A stretch of DNA of 55,868 bases from Polyangia bacterium. Its GTDB lineage: Bacteria > Myxococcota_A > Polyangia > Fen-1088. Under the pieces are notes generated by a model. The model searched no databases. It was given only the letters and a program-made list of their open reading frames with translations, and was not told the DNA's origin. Position numbers and translations under genes: made by a program. Shown here piece by piece: positions 26,855-34,211 of the stretch. Position 1 is the stretch's first letter. Every line of letters starts with the position of its first letter. The stretch covers positions 1 through 55,868 of the forward strand of contig DASZWW010000039.1 of NCBI GenBank assembly GCA_035546175.1. Direction: 5' to 3'.

Positions 26855-28522
26855 ATGGCGAAGAACGGCCGCTACAAGATCGTCCGGAAGGTCGCGGACG
26901 GCGGCATGGCCGAGATCTTCCTGGCGACGCAGACCGGGCGGGAGGGCTTTCAGAAGCCCGTCATCCTGAAGCGGATCCACAGCACGATCTACGCGGACCC
27001 GCAGTTCCGCAACATGTTCATCGACGAGGCCCACATCTCGATGGGCCTCTCGCACAGCAACATCGTCCAGATCCTCGACCTCGGCGTCGGCAACGGCCGC
27101 TACTTCCTGGTCATGGAGGTCGTCGACGGCTGGGACCTCGGGCGCCTCATCTTCCGCGCCGCCCAGGCGGGCACGCCGCTGCCGCGCGACCTCGGCCTCT
27201 ACGTCGCCGCGGAGGTGTGCCGCGCGCTCGCGTACGCCCACGGCAAGACCGGCCCCGACGGCCAGCTGCTCGGCATCGTCCACCGCGACGTCAGCCCGCA
27301 GAACATCCTCGTCAGCGAGCAGGGCGAGGTGAAGCTCACGGACTTCGGCATCGCCAAGGCCATGGGCAAGCGCGAGCAGACGGGCACGGGCGTCGTCAAG
27401 GGCAAGGTCGCCTTCATGTCGCCCGAGCAGGCGCTCGGCAAGGTCATCGACGCGCGGTCGGACCTGTTCGCCGTGGGCGTCGTGCTCTACCAGCTCATGA
27501 CGGGCGTGCGTCCGTTCGAGGCGCCCACCGACCTCGAGACGCTGCTGCGCGTGCAGAAGGCGGACTTTCGCCCGCCTCACGTCGTCGCGCCCGACCTGCC
27601 GCCCCACGTGAGCGCCATCATCTCGCGGGCGATGCAGCTCGATCCGGACCTGCGCTACCAGAGCGCCGAGGAGATGCTCACCGACATCGAGCAGGTGCTG
27701 CGCACGGTGTTCCGGCCCGTGGGCCAGACCGAGCTCAAGCGCTGGCTCGCGGGCCTGGGCGCCCGCGACGGGCTCCTGCCGATGGCCAAGGCCGGGCACA
27801 CGCCGGCGCACGGGCGCCTGACGGGCACGGGCGAGATGGACGGCAAGGACGTCGTGCTCGAGGAGGTCGACGCCGAGGAGGCCACCTCGCTCGCCGACAT
27901 CGACGAGGACGGCGAGATGCGGCCGCGCATGACGAGGCCGCGCGGCGCCGCCGACGAGCTCGCGTTGCCCGTGCCTCACGACGACGAGGCGGCGCTCTCG
28001 GGCAAGATGAACGCCCTCGAGTTCCCGCTGCCCATCCCCGACCAGGAGGAGCGCCCGGGCCGGCGCCGCTCGAAGCACGGGGGCGGCTTCGCGCTGCTCT
28101 TCGTGGGCGCCTTGATCCTCGCGGGCGCGGCCTTCGGCGGCCAGTACTTCGGGCTCCTGCGCGAGAAGATGAGCGGGCTGACCTCGGCCGTGGCGCCGTC
28201 GGCATCCTCGCCTTCGCCCGCGCCGGACAAGGCGGCCGCGGCTCCCGAGAAGGCCGCCGCGGCCTCCGCGAAGGCGGCCGCGGGGCCGGACGCGGGCGCG
28301 GCGGCGGCGAGCCCGCCTCCGAGCCACCTGGCTGCGCACAAAGCCGAGGACGAGCCCGCGCACGAGCCGGTGCACCGCTCGCGCGCTGTGACGGAGAAGC
28401 ACGAGCACAAGAGCCACATGGACGAGCTCAAGAACATGATGGCGCCCGACCCGTCGCTGGATCCCGCGCCCGCGCCGAGCGTCCCGCCGCCGGCGCCCGC
28501 GCCGTCGCCAGAGAACCCGTAG
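26855..28522 (+). CDS. Membrane-anchored Hanks-type Ser/Thr protein kinase
   Basis: ATG 26855 (TTG 26843 is the tracked alternative). Catalytic residues are intact: VILK, HRDVSPQN, DFG, SPE. One TM helix (FALLFVGALILAGAAFGG) and an Ala/Pro-rich C-terminal tail. Confidence 0.85.
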   Translation: MAKNGRYKIVRKVADGGMAEIFLATQTGREGFQKPVILKRIHSTIYADPQFRNMFIDEAHISMGLSHSNIVQILDLGVGNGRYFLVMEVVDGWDLGRLIFRAAQAGTPLPRDLGLYVAAEVCRALAYAHGKTGPDGQLLGIVHRDVSPQNILVSEQGEVKLTDFGIAKAMGKREQTGTGVVKGKVAFMSPEQALGKVIDARSDLFAVGVVLYQLMTGVRPFEAPTDLETLLRVQKADFRPPHVVAPDLPPHVSAIISRAMQLDPDLRYQSAEEMLTDIEQVLRTVFRPVGQTELKRWLAGLGARDGLLPMAKAGHTPAHGRLTGTGEMDGKDVVLEEVDAEEATSLADIDEDGEMRPRMTRPRGAADELALPVPHDDEAALSGKMNALEFPLPIPDQEERPGRRRSKHGGGFALLFVGALILAGAAFGGQYFGLLREKMSGLTSAVAPSASSPSPAPDKAAAAPEKAAAASAKAAAGPDAGAAAASPPPSHLAAHKAEDEPAHEPVHRSRAVTEKHEHKSHMDELKNMMAPDPSLDPAPAPSVPPPAPAPSPENP

Positions 28523-28644
28523 CCCGCTCGCCGCTGGCGCACCGTTTCAATCGCGCCGCGCGCCGCGGCCGGGCCCGGAGTTTCCGTTCCGGGGGGCAGC
28601 GGTGTCTGTCTGGGCGTTCGCAACAGCGACCAAAGGAGAACGAG

Positions 28645-29646
28645 ATGAAGCGGCTGACCTCGATGTGCGCGCTGGTGGTATGGACGTCGGTCCTCGCGGG
28701 GACGGGCTGCCGGAAGGCCGACGACGACGCGTACCGCGCCGGCATCCCCACGCGGGAGGCCGTGTCGCTGCACGTCGCCGGCGCGCCGGCCGACGGGACG
28801 AACGGCGCCGTGGGCGCGCTCCTCGGCGAGAAGGCCGGGACGTACGAGGTCACGCGGGCCGTGACGGCGGTGGTCAACGGGGGCACGTGGGCCGTGCTCA
28901 CGCTCGTCCGCACGGTGGTCTCGTTCCCCGCGACGACCGTCGGGACCGACTCGGCCGTGTGGGGGCCGTACCACGACGCGCTCTCCCTCGACACCTGGCG
29001 CCTGACCGTGACGCGCGTGCAGCCGCACGTGTTCCAGTGGGTCTTCGAGGGCAAGGACAAGAGCCTGGGCGACGACGCCTACCTCACGATCATCTCGGGC
29101 ACGCACACGGCGGCCCTCGACCAGATGGGTAATCCCATGGAGGGCTTCGGCAACGGCGACTTCACGATCGACTGGAACAAGGCGGCGATGCTCCCGCAGC
29201 ACGACGACAACGTCGGCGTGGCGGCGTTCACCTACTCGCGCCTCACGGCGGACGCGACGGTCACGATCGACGTCGACTTCACGGGCATCCAGGACGCGAC
29301 GACGAAGGAGATCTTCGACGCGAAGTATCGCTACACGTCGACGCCGGGGCAGGGCGGGACGCTCCGCTACGCGGAGGACAAGGACAACGTCCCGGGGCCG
29401 GGCCCCACGGGCACCGCCAAGGAGCACTTCACGATCGAGAGCCGCTGGACCGAGGACGGCGTGGGCCGCTGCGATCTCGAGGACTCGGGCGGCGACCTCG
29501 GCGCGACGGTCGCGCACGGCTCGGAGTGCTGGGACGATCGCTTCGACAGCGTGTACCGCGCCCTCGACTACCCGGACCCCATGGGCAACTGGGGCGCCGA
29601 GTCGGCGTGTACGGCCTTCCCCGCCGCGGAGTACTCGAATCTGTAA
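28645..29646 (+). CDS. Lipoprotein of unknown function (paralogue A)
   Basis: ATG 28645 follows AAGGAG. Lipobox LAGTGC. Only the last 333 aa of ORF 27217..29646 are credible. Shares blocks with the 32710..33681 product (VWGPY, FTY, ECWDxxF, terminal NL). Confidence 0.7.
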   Translation: MKRLTSMCALVVWTSVLAGTGCRKADDDAYRAGIPTREAVSLHVAGAPADGTNGAVGALLGEKAGTYEVTRAVTAVVNGGTWAVLTLVRTVVSFPATTVGTDSAVWGPYHDALSLDTWRLTVTRVQPHVFQWVFEGKDKSLGDDAYLTIISGTHTAALDQMGNPMEGFGNGDFTIDWNKAAMLPQHDDNVGVAAFTYSRLTADATVTIDVDFTGIQDATTKEIFDAKYRYTSTPGQGGTLRYAEDKDNVPGPGPTGTAKEHFTIESRWTEDGVGRCDLEDSGGDLGATVAHGSECWDDRFDSVYRALDYPDPMGNWGAESACTAFPAAEYSNL

Positions 29647-29690
29647 AATGGGAACCTCGAGAGGGCGCCCAGACCCTCTCCGTGACCGGC

Positions 29691-29714
29691 GCCGGCGGGC
29701 CTTGCCCGCCGGCA
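29691..29714 (+). terminator. GC hairpin between lipoprotein A and the ECF sigma gene
   Basis: GCCGGCGGGC, loop CTTG, GCCCGCCGGC (perfect 10-bp stem). Preceded by a second 7-bp hairpin, GAGAGGG/CCCTCTC, at 29659-29680. No T-run, so terminator function is uncertain. Confidence 0.35.
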
Positions 29715-29736
29715 CCTTCGCGTCGAGACGCTCGAA

Positions 29737-30288
29737 ATGACGGAACGCCAGAGCCGCCCGAACCTGAAGCTCGTCGCCGGCGGCAAGGCCGACGACACGC
29801 GGGCGGCGCTGCGCGAGCTCTACGCGACGTACGGCGGCAGCGTGTTCGGGCGCTGCCAGTACCTGCTGCGCGATCGCGTCAAGGCCGAGGACGCCATGCA
29901 GGACGTGTTCGCGAAGGCGCTCCTCCATTGGAGCGAGTTCCGCAACGAGTCGTCGCCGCTCACCTGGCTCATCCGCATCGCCACGCACCACTGCCTCAAC
30001 GTGCAGCGCGCCGAGCGCGCGCCCTGGCACCAGCGCTTCGCGCGGCAGGAGCGGGCGCGCGGCGAGGGCCACGGCGGGCCGCAGCGGCTCGAGGACCGCG
30101 ACACCGTGCGCGCGTTGCTGGGCCGGCTCGACGTCGAGACGCAGCAGGCGGCCATCCACTACTTCGTCGACGAGATGACGCTCGACGAGGTGGCCAGGGC
30201 GCTCGGGCGCTCGGTGCCCACGGTTCGCAAGAGGTTGGAGAGCGTGTCGGCCCTGGCCGACCGGAGCCTGAAGGAGATCAAGGAATGA
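29737..30288 (+). CDS. ECF-type RNA polymerase sigma-70 family factor
   Basis: Region 2 (DAMQDVFAKALLHWSEFRNESSPLTWLIRIATHHCLN) and region 4 HTH (MTLDEVARALGRSVPTVRKRL). 183 aa. Confidence 0.85.
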   Translation: MTERQSRPNLKLVAGGKADDTRAALRELYATYGGSVFGRCQYLLRDRVKAEDAMQDVFAKALLHWSEFRNESSPLTWLIRIATHHCLNVQRAERAPWHQRFARQERARGEGHGGPQRLEDRDTVRALLGRLDVETQQAAIHYFVDEMTLDEVARALGRSVPTVRKRLESVSALADRSLKEIKE

Positions 30289-31070
30289 CGGCTTCCCCGA
30301 TGGAGAGTCACGTGGGTGAGCTCGCGCTGCGCCGGCTCCGCGCCGGCGAGGCGCTGCCCGACGCCGAGACGCACGCGAGCGCGTGCGCGGACTGCCGCGC
30401 GCGCCTCAAGGGCCTCGACGACGAGCAGCGGCGCTTCGAGCAGGAGATCTCGTTCGATCGCTTCGCGGCCGGCGTCGAGCGCGCCTCGCGCGCGGCGGCG
30501 CCCCGCCCCGAGCGCTCCGCGCGCGTCGCCCGCTCGCTGCGCTTCATGGTGCCGACGCTGAGCCTGGCGGCCGGCGTCGCGCTCTTCCTGACCTTCACGT
30601 CGCGGCACGAGCCGCGCGGGCCGAACCGCCTCATGGGCGGCGCGGCGGACATCACCGTGCGCGTCGCGGCGGGCGACGGCCCGCAGCGCACGGCGTCCCC
30701 GAGCGCGCCCGAGGCGCTCGCGCCGGGCGAGCGCGTGCGCATCGGCTACCACGCGGGCCCGCACCGCTACCTGCTCTCGCTCTCGATCGACGAGCGCGGC
30801 CAGGTGACGCCGCTCTACCCGGAGTCGGGGCGCAGCGTCGCCGTCGGCAAGGTCGTGGGCGCGGCGCCGAGCTACCTGCCCGACAGCGTCGAGTTCACGG
30901 ACTCGGGCACCGAACGCCTGTTCGTCATCCTCAGCGACCAGCCCATCGATGTCGAGGCGGCGCGGCGCGCGGCCCGGGCCGCCTTCGAGCGCGCCAAAGG
31001 GGATATCCTGCACATGCCGGCGCTCGAGCTGCCCGGAGAGCAGTTCCAGCGGACGTTCATCAAGCCGTGA
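30285..31070 (+). CDS. Zinc-finger anti-sigma factor with periplasmic DUF4384-like domain
   Basis: ATG 30285 overlaps the sigma stop (ATGA). H-x3-C-x2-C (HASACADCRARL). One TM helix (VPTLSLAAGVALFLTF). The C-terminal YLLSLSIDERGQVTPLYP ... LPDSVEFTDSGTERLFVILSDQPI matches the DUF4384 pattern as I recall it. Confidence 0.75.
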   Translation: MTASPMESHVGELALRRLRAGEALPDAETHASACADCRARLKGLDDEQRRFEQEISFDRFAAGVERASRAAAPRPERSARVARSLRFMVPTLSLAAGVALFLTFTSRHEPRGPNRLMGGAADITVRVAAGDGPQRTASPSAPEALAPGERVRIGYHAGPHRYLLSLSIDERGQVTPLYPESGRSVAVGKVVGAAPSYLPDSVEFTDSGTERLFVILSDQPIDVEAARRAARAAFERAKGDILHMPALELPGEQFQRTFIKP

Positions 31071-31115
31071 CGTTTTCGTCGATGATCTGAGCCCCCGCCG
31101 GCGTCCATCACCGTC

Positions 31116-32720
31116 ATGAAGCGGACCAGCCTCGCCCTCGCCTGTGTCTCGGCGCTCCTGGCGCTCGCCGGGCCCGCGCGCGCCGAGGGCCTGCACCGCT
31201 TCGCCGTCGTGGTCGGCAACGACACGGGCGGCGCCGACACGCGGCCGCTCCTCTACGCCCGCGCCGACGCGCGCAAGGTGCATGACATCCTCACGCGGCT
31301 CGGCGGCGTCGCGGCGGCCGACGCCCAGCTCCTCCTCGACGGCAGCGCGCAGGACCTGCTGTCCGCGCTCGCGCAGACCGAGCGCCGCGCCGCCGAGGCG
31401 CGCGTCCGCGGCGAGCGCACGGCGCTCGTCCTCTACTACTCGGGCCACGCCAAGGACGGCGCGCTCCGGCTCGGCGACACGCGCCTGCCGCTCGACTCGC
31501 TCCGGGCCCGCATCGCCGCCTCGCCCGTCGACGTGCGCATCGCCATCCTCGACTCCTGCCGCTCGGGCGAGCTGACGCGCACGAAGGGGGAGACGAAGGG
31601 CGCGCGCCGTGCCCCCGCGTTCCAGATCCAGGCCGAGGGCCCGCGCGACGCCAAGGGCCTCGTCATCCTGACCTCGAGCTCGTCGGACGAGGACTCGCAG
31701 GAGTCGGACCTCGTGGGCGGCAGCTACTTCTCGCACCACCTCGCGAGCGGCCTCCTGGGCGGCGCCGACAAGTCGGGCGACGGCCGCGTCACGCTCTTCG
31801 AGGCGTACGCCTACGCGTACGAGCGCACCGTCGCCGACACGGCCGAGACGGCCGCCGGCCCCCAGCACCCGACGTTCAGCTACGACCTCGCGGGCAACGG
31901 CGACCTCGTGCTGACCGACGTCGCCGCCCGCCGCGAGGGAATCTACCTTCCACGCGAGGCGCCCGGCGGGGTCTATTACCTCGTGGACCGGCAAGGCTTC
32001 GTGGCCGCCGAGATCGTCAAGAACGAGAGCGACCGGCGCATCGCGCTGCCGCCCGGCCGCTACCGCGTCAAGCGCCGCCTCGCCGATCGCCTGCGCGTCG
32101 GCGAGATCGACGTCGTCTCGGGCCAGATGATCACGCTCGACGAGGGGCACCTCCGCGACGCGCCCTTCTCCGACGATCCGGTCAAGGGCGCGATGCGCGT
32201 CGACGTGTCCCGCTGGTCCGTCGGCGTGGGCGGCGGCTTCCAGTCCGTGTTCGACGCGCCCACGCGCGAGAGCCTCTTCCCGCCGACGGGGCTCCTGGGC
32301 GTCGAGCTGCAGCTGCGCGGCTTCTTCCGCCGCGACTGGGTCTGGGGCGTCGACGCCGCCGCCGGCGGCGCGAACGGCGCCGTGCCGCTCTCCTCGTCGG
32401 GCGGCGCGGCGGCGTTCCGGTTCAACGAGGTCTCGCTGGCGTCGTCGCTCGTCGTCGAGTGGCCGCACCGAGCCGTCACGCCCTTCGTCGGCGGGCGCCT
32501 GGCGCTGCTCCTCATGACGCGCCGATTCGACGAGGACGCCTTCCCCGCGCAGTACTTCTCGACGCTCTCGCCCGGGATCGTCGGAGGCGCGACCTGGCAC
32601 CTCTCGCGCGGCTGGGGCCTCGTCGCGCGCGGGCGCGTGCACTACCTCCTCTACAACGTGGACGAGAACCGCTCCCTCGGCTTCTGGGAGCTGCAAACGG
32701 CGGTGTCATATGACCTCTAG
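31116..32720 (+). CDS. Secreted caspase-fold (peptidase C14) protein fused to a C-terminal beta-barrel-like domain
   Basis: Signal peptide ending in ARA-EG. Catalytic His in YYSGHAKDG (codon 31446-31448) and Cys in ILDSCRSG (codon 31557-31559). The last ~170 aa alternate hydrophobic/polar like a small OM barrel (WSVGVGGGFQ, LLGVELQLRGFF, FRFNEVSLASSLVVEW, GLVARGRVHYLLY, WELQTAVSYDL). Confidence 0.8.
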   Translation: MKRTSLALACVSALLALAGPARAEGLHRFAVVVGNDTGGADTRPLLYARADARKVHDILTRLGGVAAADAQLLLDGSAQDLLSALAQTERRAAEARVRGERTALVLYYSGHAKDGALRLGDTRLPLDSLRARIAASPVDVRIAILDSCRSGELTRTKGETKGARRAPAFQIQAEGPRDAKGLVILTSSSSDEDSQESDLVGGSYFSHHLASGLLGGADKSGDGRVTLFEAYAYAYERTVADTAETAAGPQHPTFSYDLAGNGDLVLTDVAARREGIYLPREAPGGVYYLVDRQGFVAAEIVKNESDRRIALPPGRYRVKRRLADRLRVGEIDVVSGQMITLDEGHLRDAPFSDDPVKGAMRVDVSRWSVGVGGGFQSVFDAPTRESLFPPTGLLGVELQLRGFFRRDWVWGVDAAAGGANGAVPLSSSGGAAAFRFNEVSLASSLVVEWPHRAVTPFVGGRLALLLMTRRFDEDAFPAQYFSTLSPGIVGGATWHLSRGWGLVARGRVHYLLYNVDENRSLGFWELQTAVSYDL

Positions 32721-33681
32721 ACGTCTCGTGCTCGGCGCGGCGCTCGCCGCCTCGTTCGTCGCGGCCTGCGGCAACTACTCGAACGAGGACCTCGAGTACA
32801 TGAACGCCCTGCCCCAGGGCGAGGACCTGCAGGTCAGCATCCCGCCCGTGACGAGCGCGGTCGAGCTGGCCAACGAGGCGGAGCTCGCCAAGTCGACGCA
32901 CGACACGACGCGGAACCTGAACGGGCTGCTCATGGGGCTCGTGGGCATCGTCGACACGGTGCGCACCCTCCCGCCGACCGGGCGCACGGCCACGAGCCGC
33001 ATCTGGGGGCCGTACCCGGCCGATCGCACGAAGCTGAAGAACCTCGACTGGGAGACGCGGATGATCGTGAGCCGCGACGACACGGACCTCGGGCGCTTCG
33101 ACTACGAGATCGACGTCCACCACCAGGGCGCCGCCGACACCGACTGGCCCGTGCTCATCCAGGGCTGGTTCCAGGTCGGCAAGACCGCGCGGCGGGGCAT
33201 GGGGCACGTCGAGCTCCTCACGGCCGTCGCGCGCGGCGAGGGCTACGACACCTCGGACCTCGGCATGCTCGACCACCTGGAGATCGACTACGACACGAGC
33301 GCCGATCCCGTGACCGTCACGATGCACATCACCGACCTGCCGGCCGCCGGCAGCACGGATCCCGCGCCCACGGCCGCGTTTACCTACGCTCAGAACGCGG
33401 CGGGACAGGGGCAGATGACCTTCGACCTCGTGGGGAACCTCATCGCGCTGACGCCCGCGATCGAGGACCTGCGGATCACGAGCCACTGGCTCGCCACGGG
33501 CGAGGGTCGCGCCGACCTCACGGTGGTCTCGGGCGATGGTGCCGGAGCGCAGCAAACCCAGTGCTGGGGCCGGTCCTTCCAGGAGACGTACAACGACAAG
33601 CCCTGGGCCCCGGCCGAGGACTTCCCGAGCAACCCGCCGGGCGACCCTGCGGATTTTTGCCCAGTTATTCCAAATCTTTGA
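32710..33681 (+). CDS. Lipoprotein of unknown function (paralogue B)
   Basis: ATG 32710 overlaps the caspase gene end by 11 nt. Lipobox FVAAC. Blocks shared with 28645..29646: RIWGPYPA, FTYAQN, QCWGRSFQETY, terminal PNL. Confidence 0.7.
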   Translation: MTSRRLVLGAALAASFVAACGNYSNEDLEYMNALPQGEDLQVSIPPVTSAVELANEAELAKSTHDTTRNLNGLLMGLVGIVDTVRTLPPTGRTATSRIWGPYPADRTKLKNLDWETRMIVSRDDTDLGRFDYEIDVHHQGAADTDWPVLIQGWFQVGKTARRGMGHVELLTAVARGEGYDTSDLGMLDHLEIDYDTSADPVTVTMHITDLPAAGSTDPAPTAAFTYAQNAAGQGQMTFDLVGNLIALTPAIEDLRITSHWLATGEGRADLTVVSGDGAGAQQTQCWGRSFQETYNDKPWAPAEDFPSNPPGDPADFCPVIPNL

Positions 33682-33841
33682 CGGCTGTGAGCCGAGAGGG
33701 ACGAGGCTCCGCGAGGTCTGACGCGCAGGCGTCGAAAACTCTACCGGGAACCGGAATCCGGGGATGGATTCGCGAGATGGTTCCAGGGTATGATGATGTC
33801 TCACCACCCGGCGCCGCCGCCCGGGAGAAGGACCTCACGCC

Positions 33842-34168
33842 TTGGCCGAGCACTTTCGACGAATCGACCCCCGTTACGAACGCCAGCTGGACGTGGAGGT
33901 CGTGGCGGACGGCAAGAAGAGCACGTCCCGCACCGTGAACATCTCGCTGGGCGGGCTGTTCCTGGACTCGACGACGCCTCTCGATCTGGGCGCGACCGTC
34001 CAGCTCCGGTTCCAGCTCCCCACCCAGCCCGAGCCGGTCGAGGTCGCGGGCGACGTGCGGTGGGTCGTGAAGAAGGACGGCAACCGGCAGGGCATCGGCA
34101 TCCGGTTCCAGGGCCTCCGCGCCCGCGACGTCTGGGCCCTGAACCAGTTCTTCCAGACCAGCGCGTAG
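33842..34168 (+). CDS. PilZ domain protein
   Basis: RRIDPR (RxxxR) and NISLGGLF (D/NxSxxG) c-di-GMP-binding motifs. 108 aa. Only a TTG start is available at 33842. Confidence 0.7.
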   Translation: MAEHFRRIDPRYERQLDVEVVADGKKSTSRTVNISLGGLFLDSTTPLDLGATVQLRFQLPTQPEPVEVAGDVRWVVKKDGNRQGIGIRFQGLRARDVWALNQFFQTSA

Positions 34169-34211
34169 TCGGGCCCCCGGGGGCGCTGCGGCCTGGGCCC
34201 CGGTCCCGGGC

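Noticed and set aside
23908-26856. 982-aa ORF antisense to the vWA/MYXO-CTERM gene. The same applies to the other very long ORFs: 33874..37158 (-), 37418..41206 (+), 30159..32696 (-), 48876..52061 (-), 51592..54687 (-), 52221..54959 (+), 27976..30159 (-) and 6356..7981 (-).
   Set aside because: Their translations are dominated by Arg/Ala/Gly/Pro/Asp/His runs with no recognisable motifs. Each overlaps a gene with clear family signatures in another frame or strand. Stop-free alternative frames are expected when codon third positions are nearly all G/C.
24055-28522. The vWA protein plus Ser/Thr kinase as a cytoplasmic vWA-kinase-phosphatase ternary conflict/defence system.
   Set aside because: This vWA domain follows a signal peptide and is attached to disulfide-rich repeats and a MYXO-CTERM anchor, so it is extracytoplasmic. 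No FHA or PP2C partner gene is present.
29651-29655. GGAAC immediately after lipoprotein A as the -35 of an autoregulated ECF promoter for the sigma gene.
   Set aside because: No CGT/TCGT-type -10 element lies at the required 16-17 nt spacing; the sequence there is GACCCT inside a hairpin. A 5-mer alone is not meaningful in this composition.
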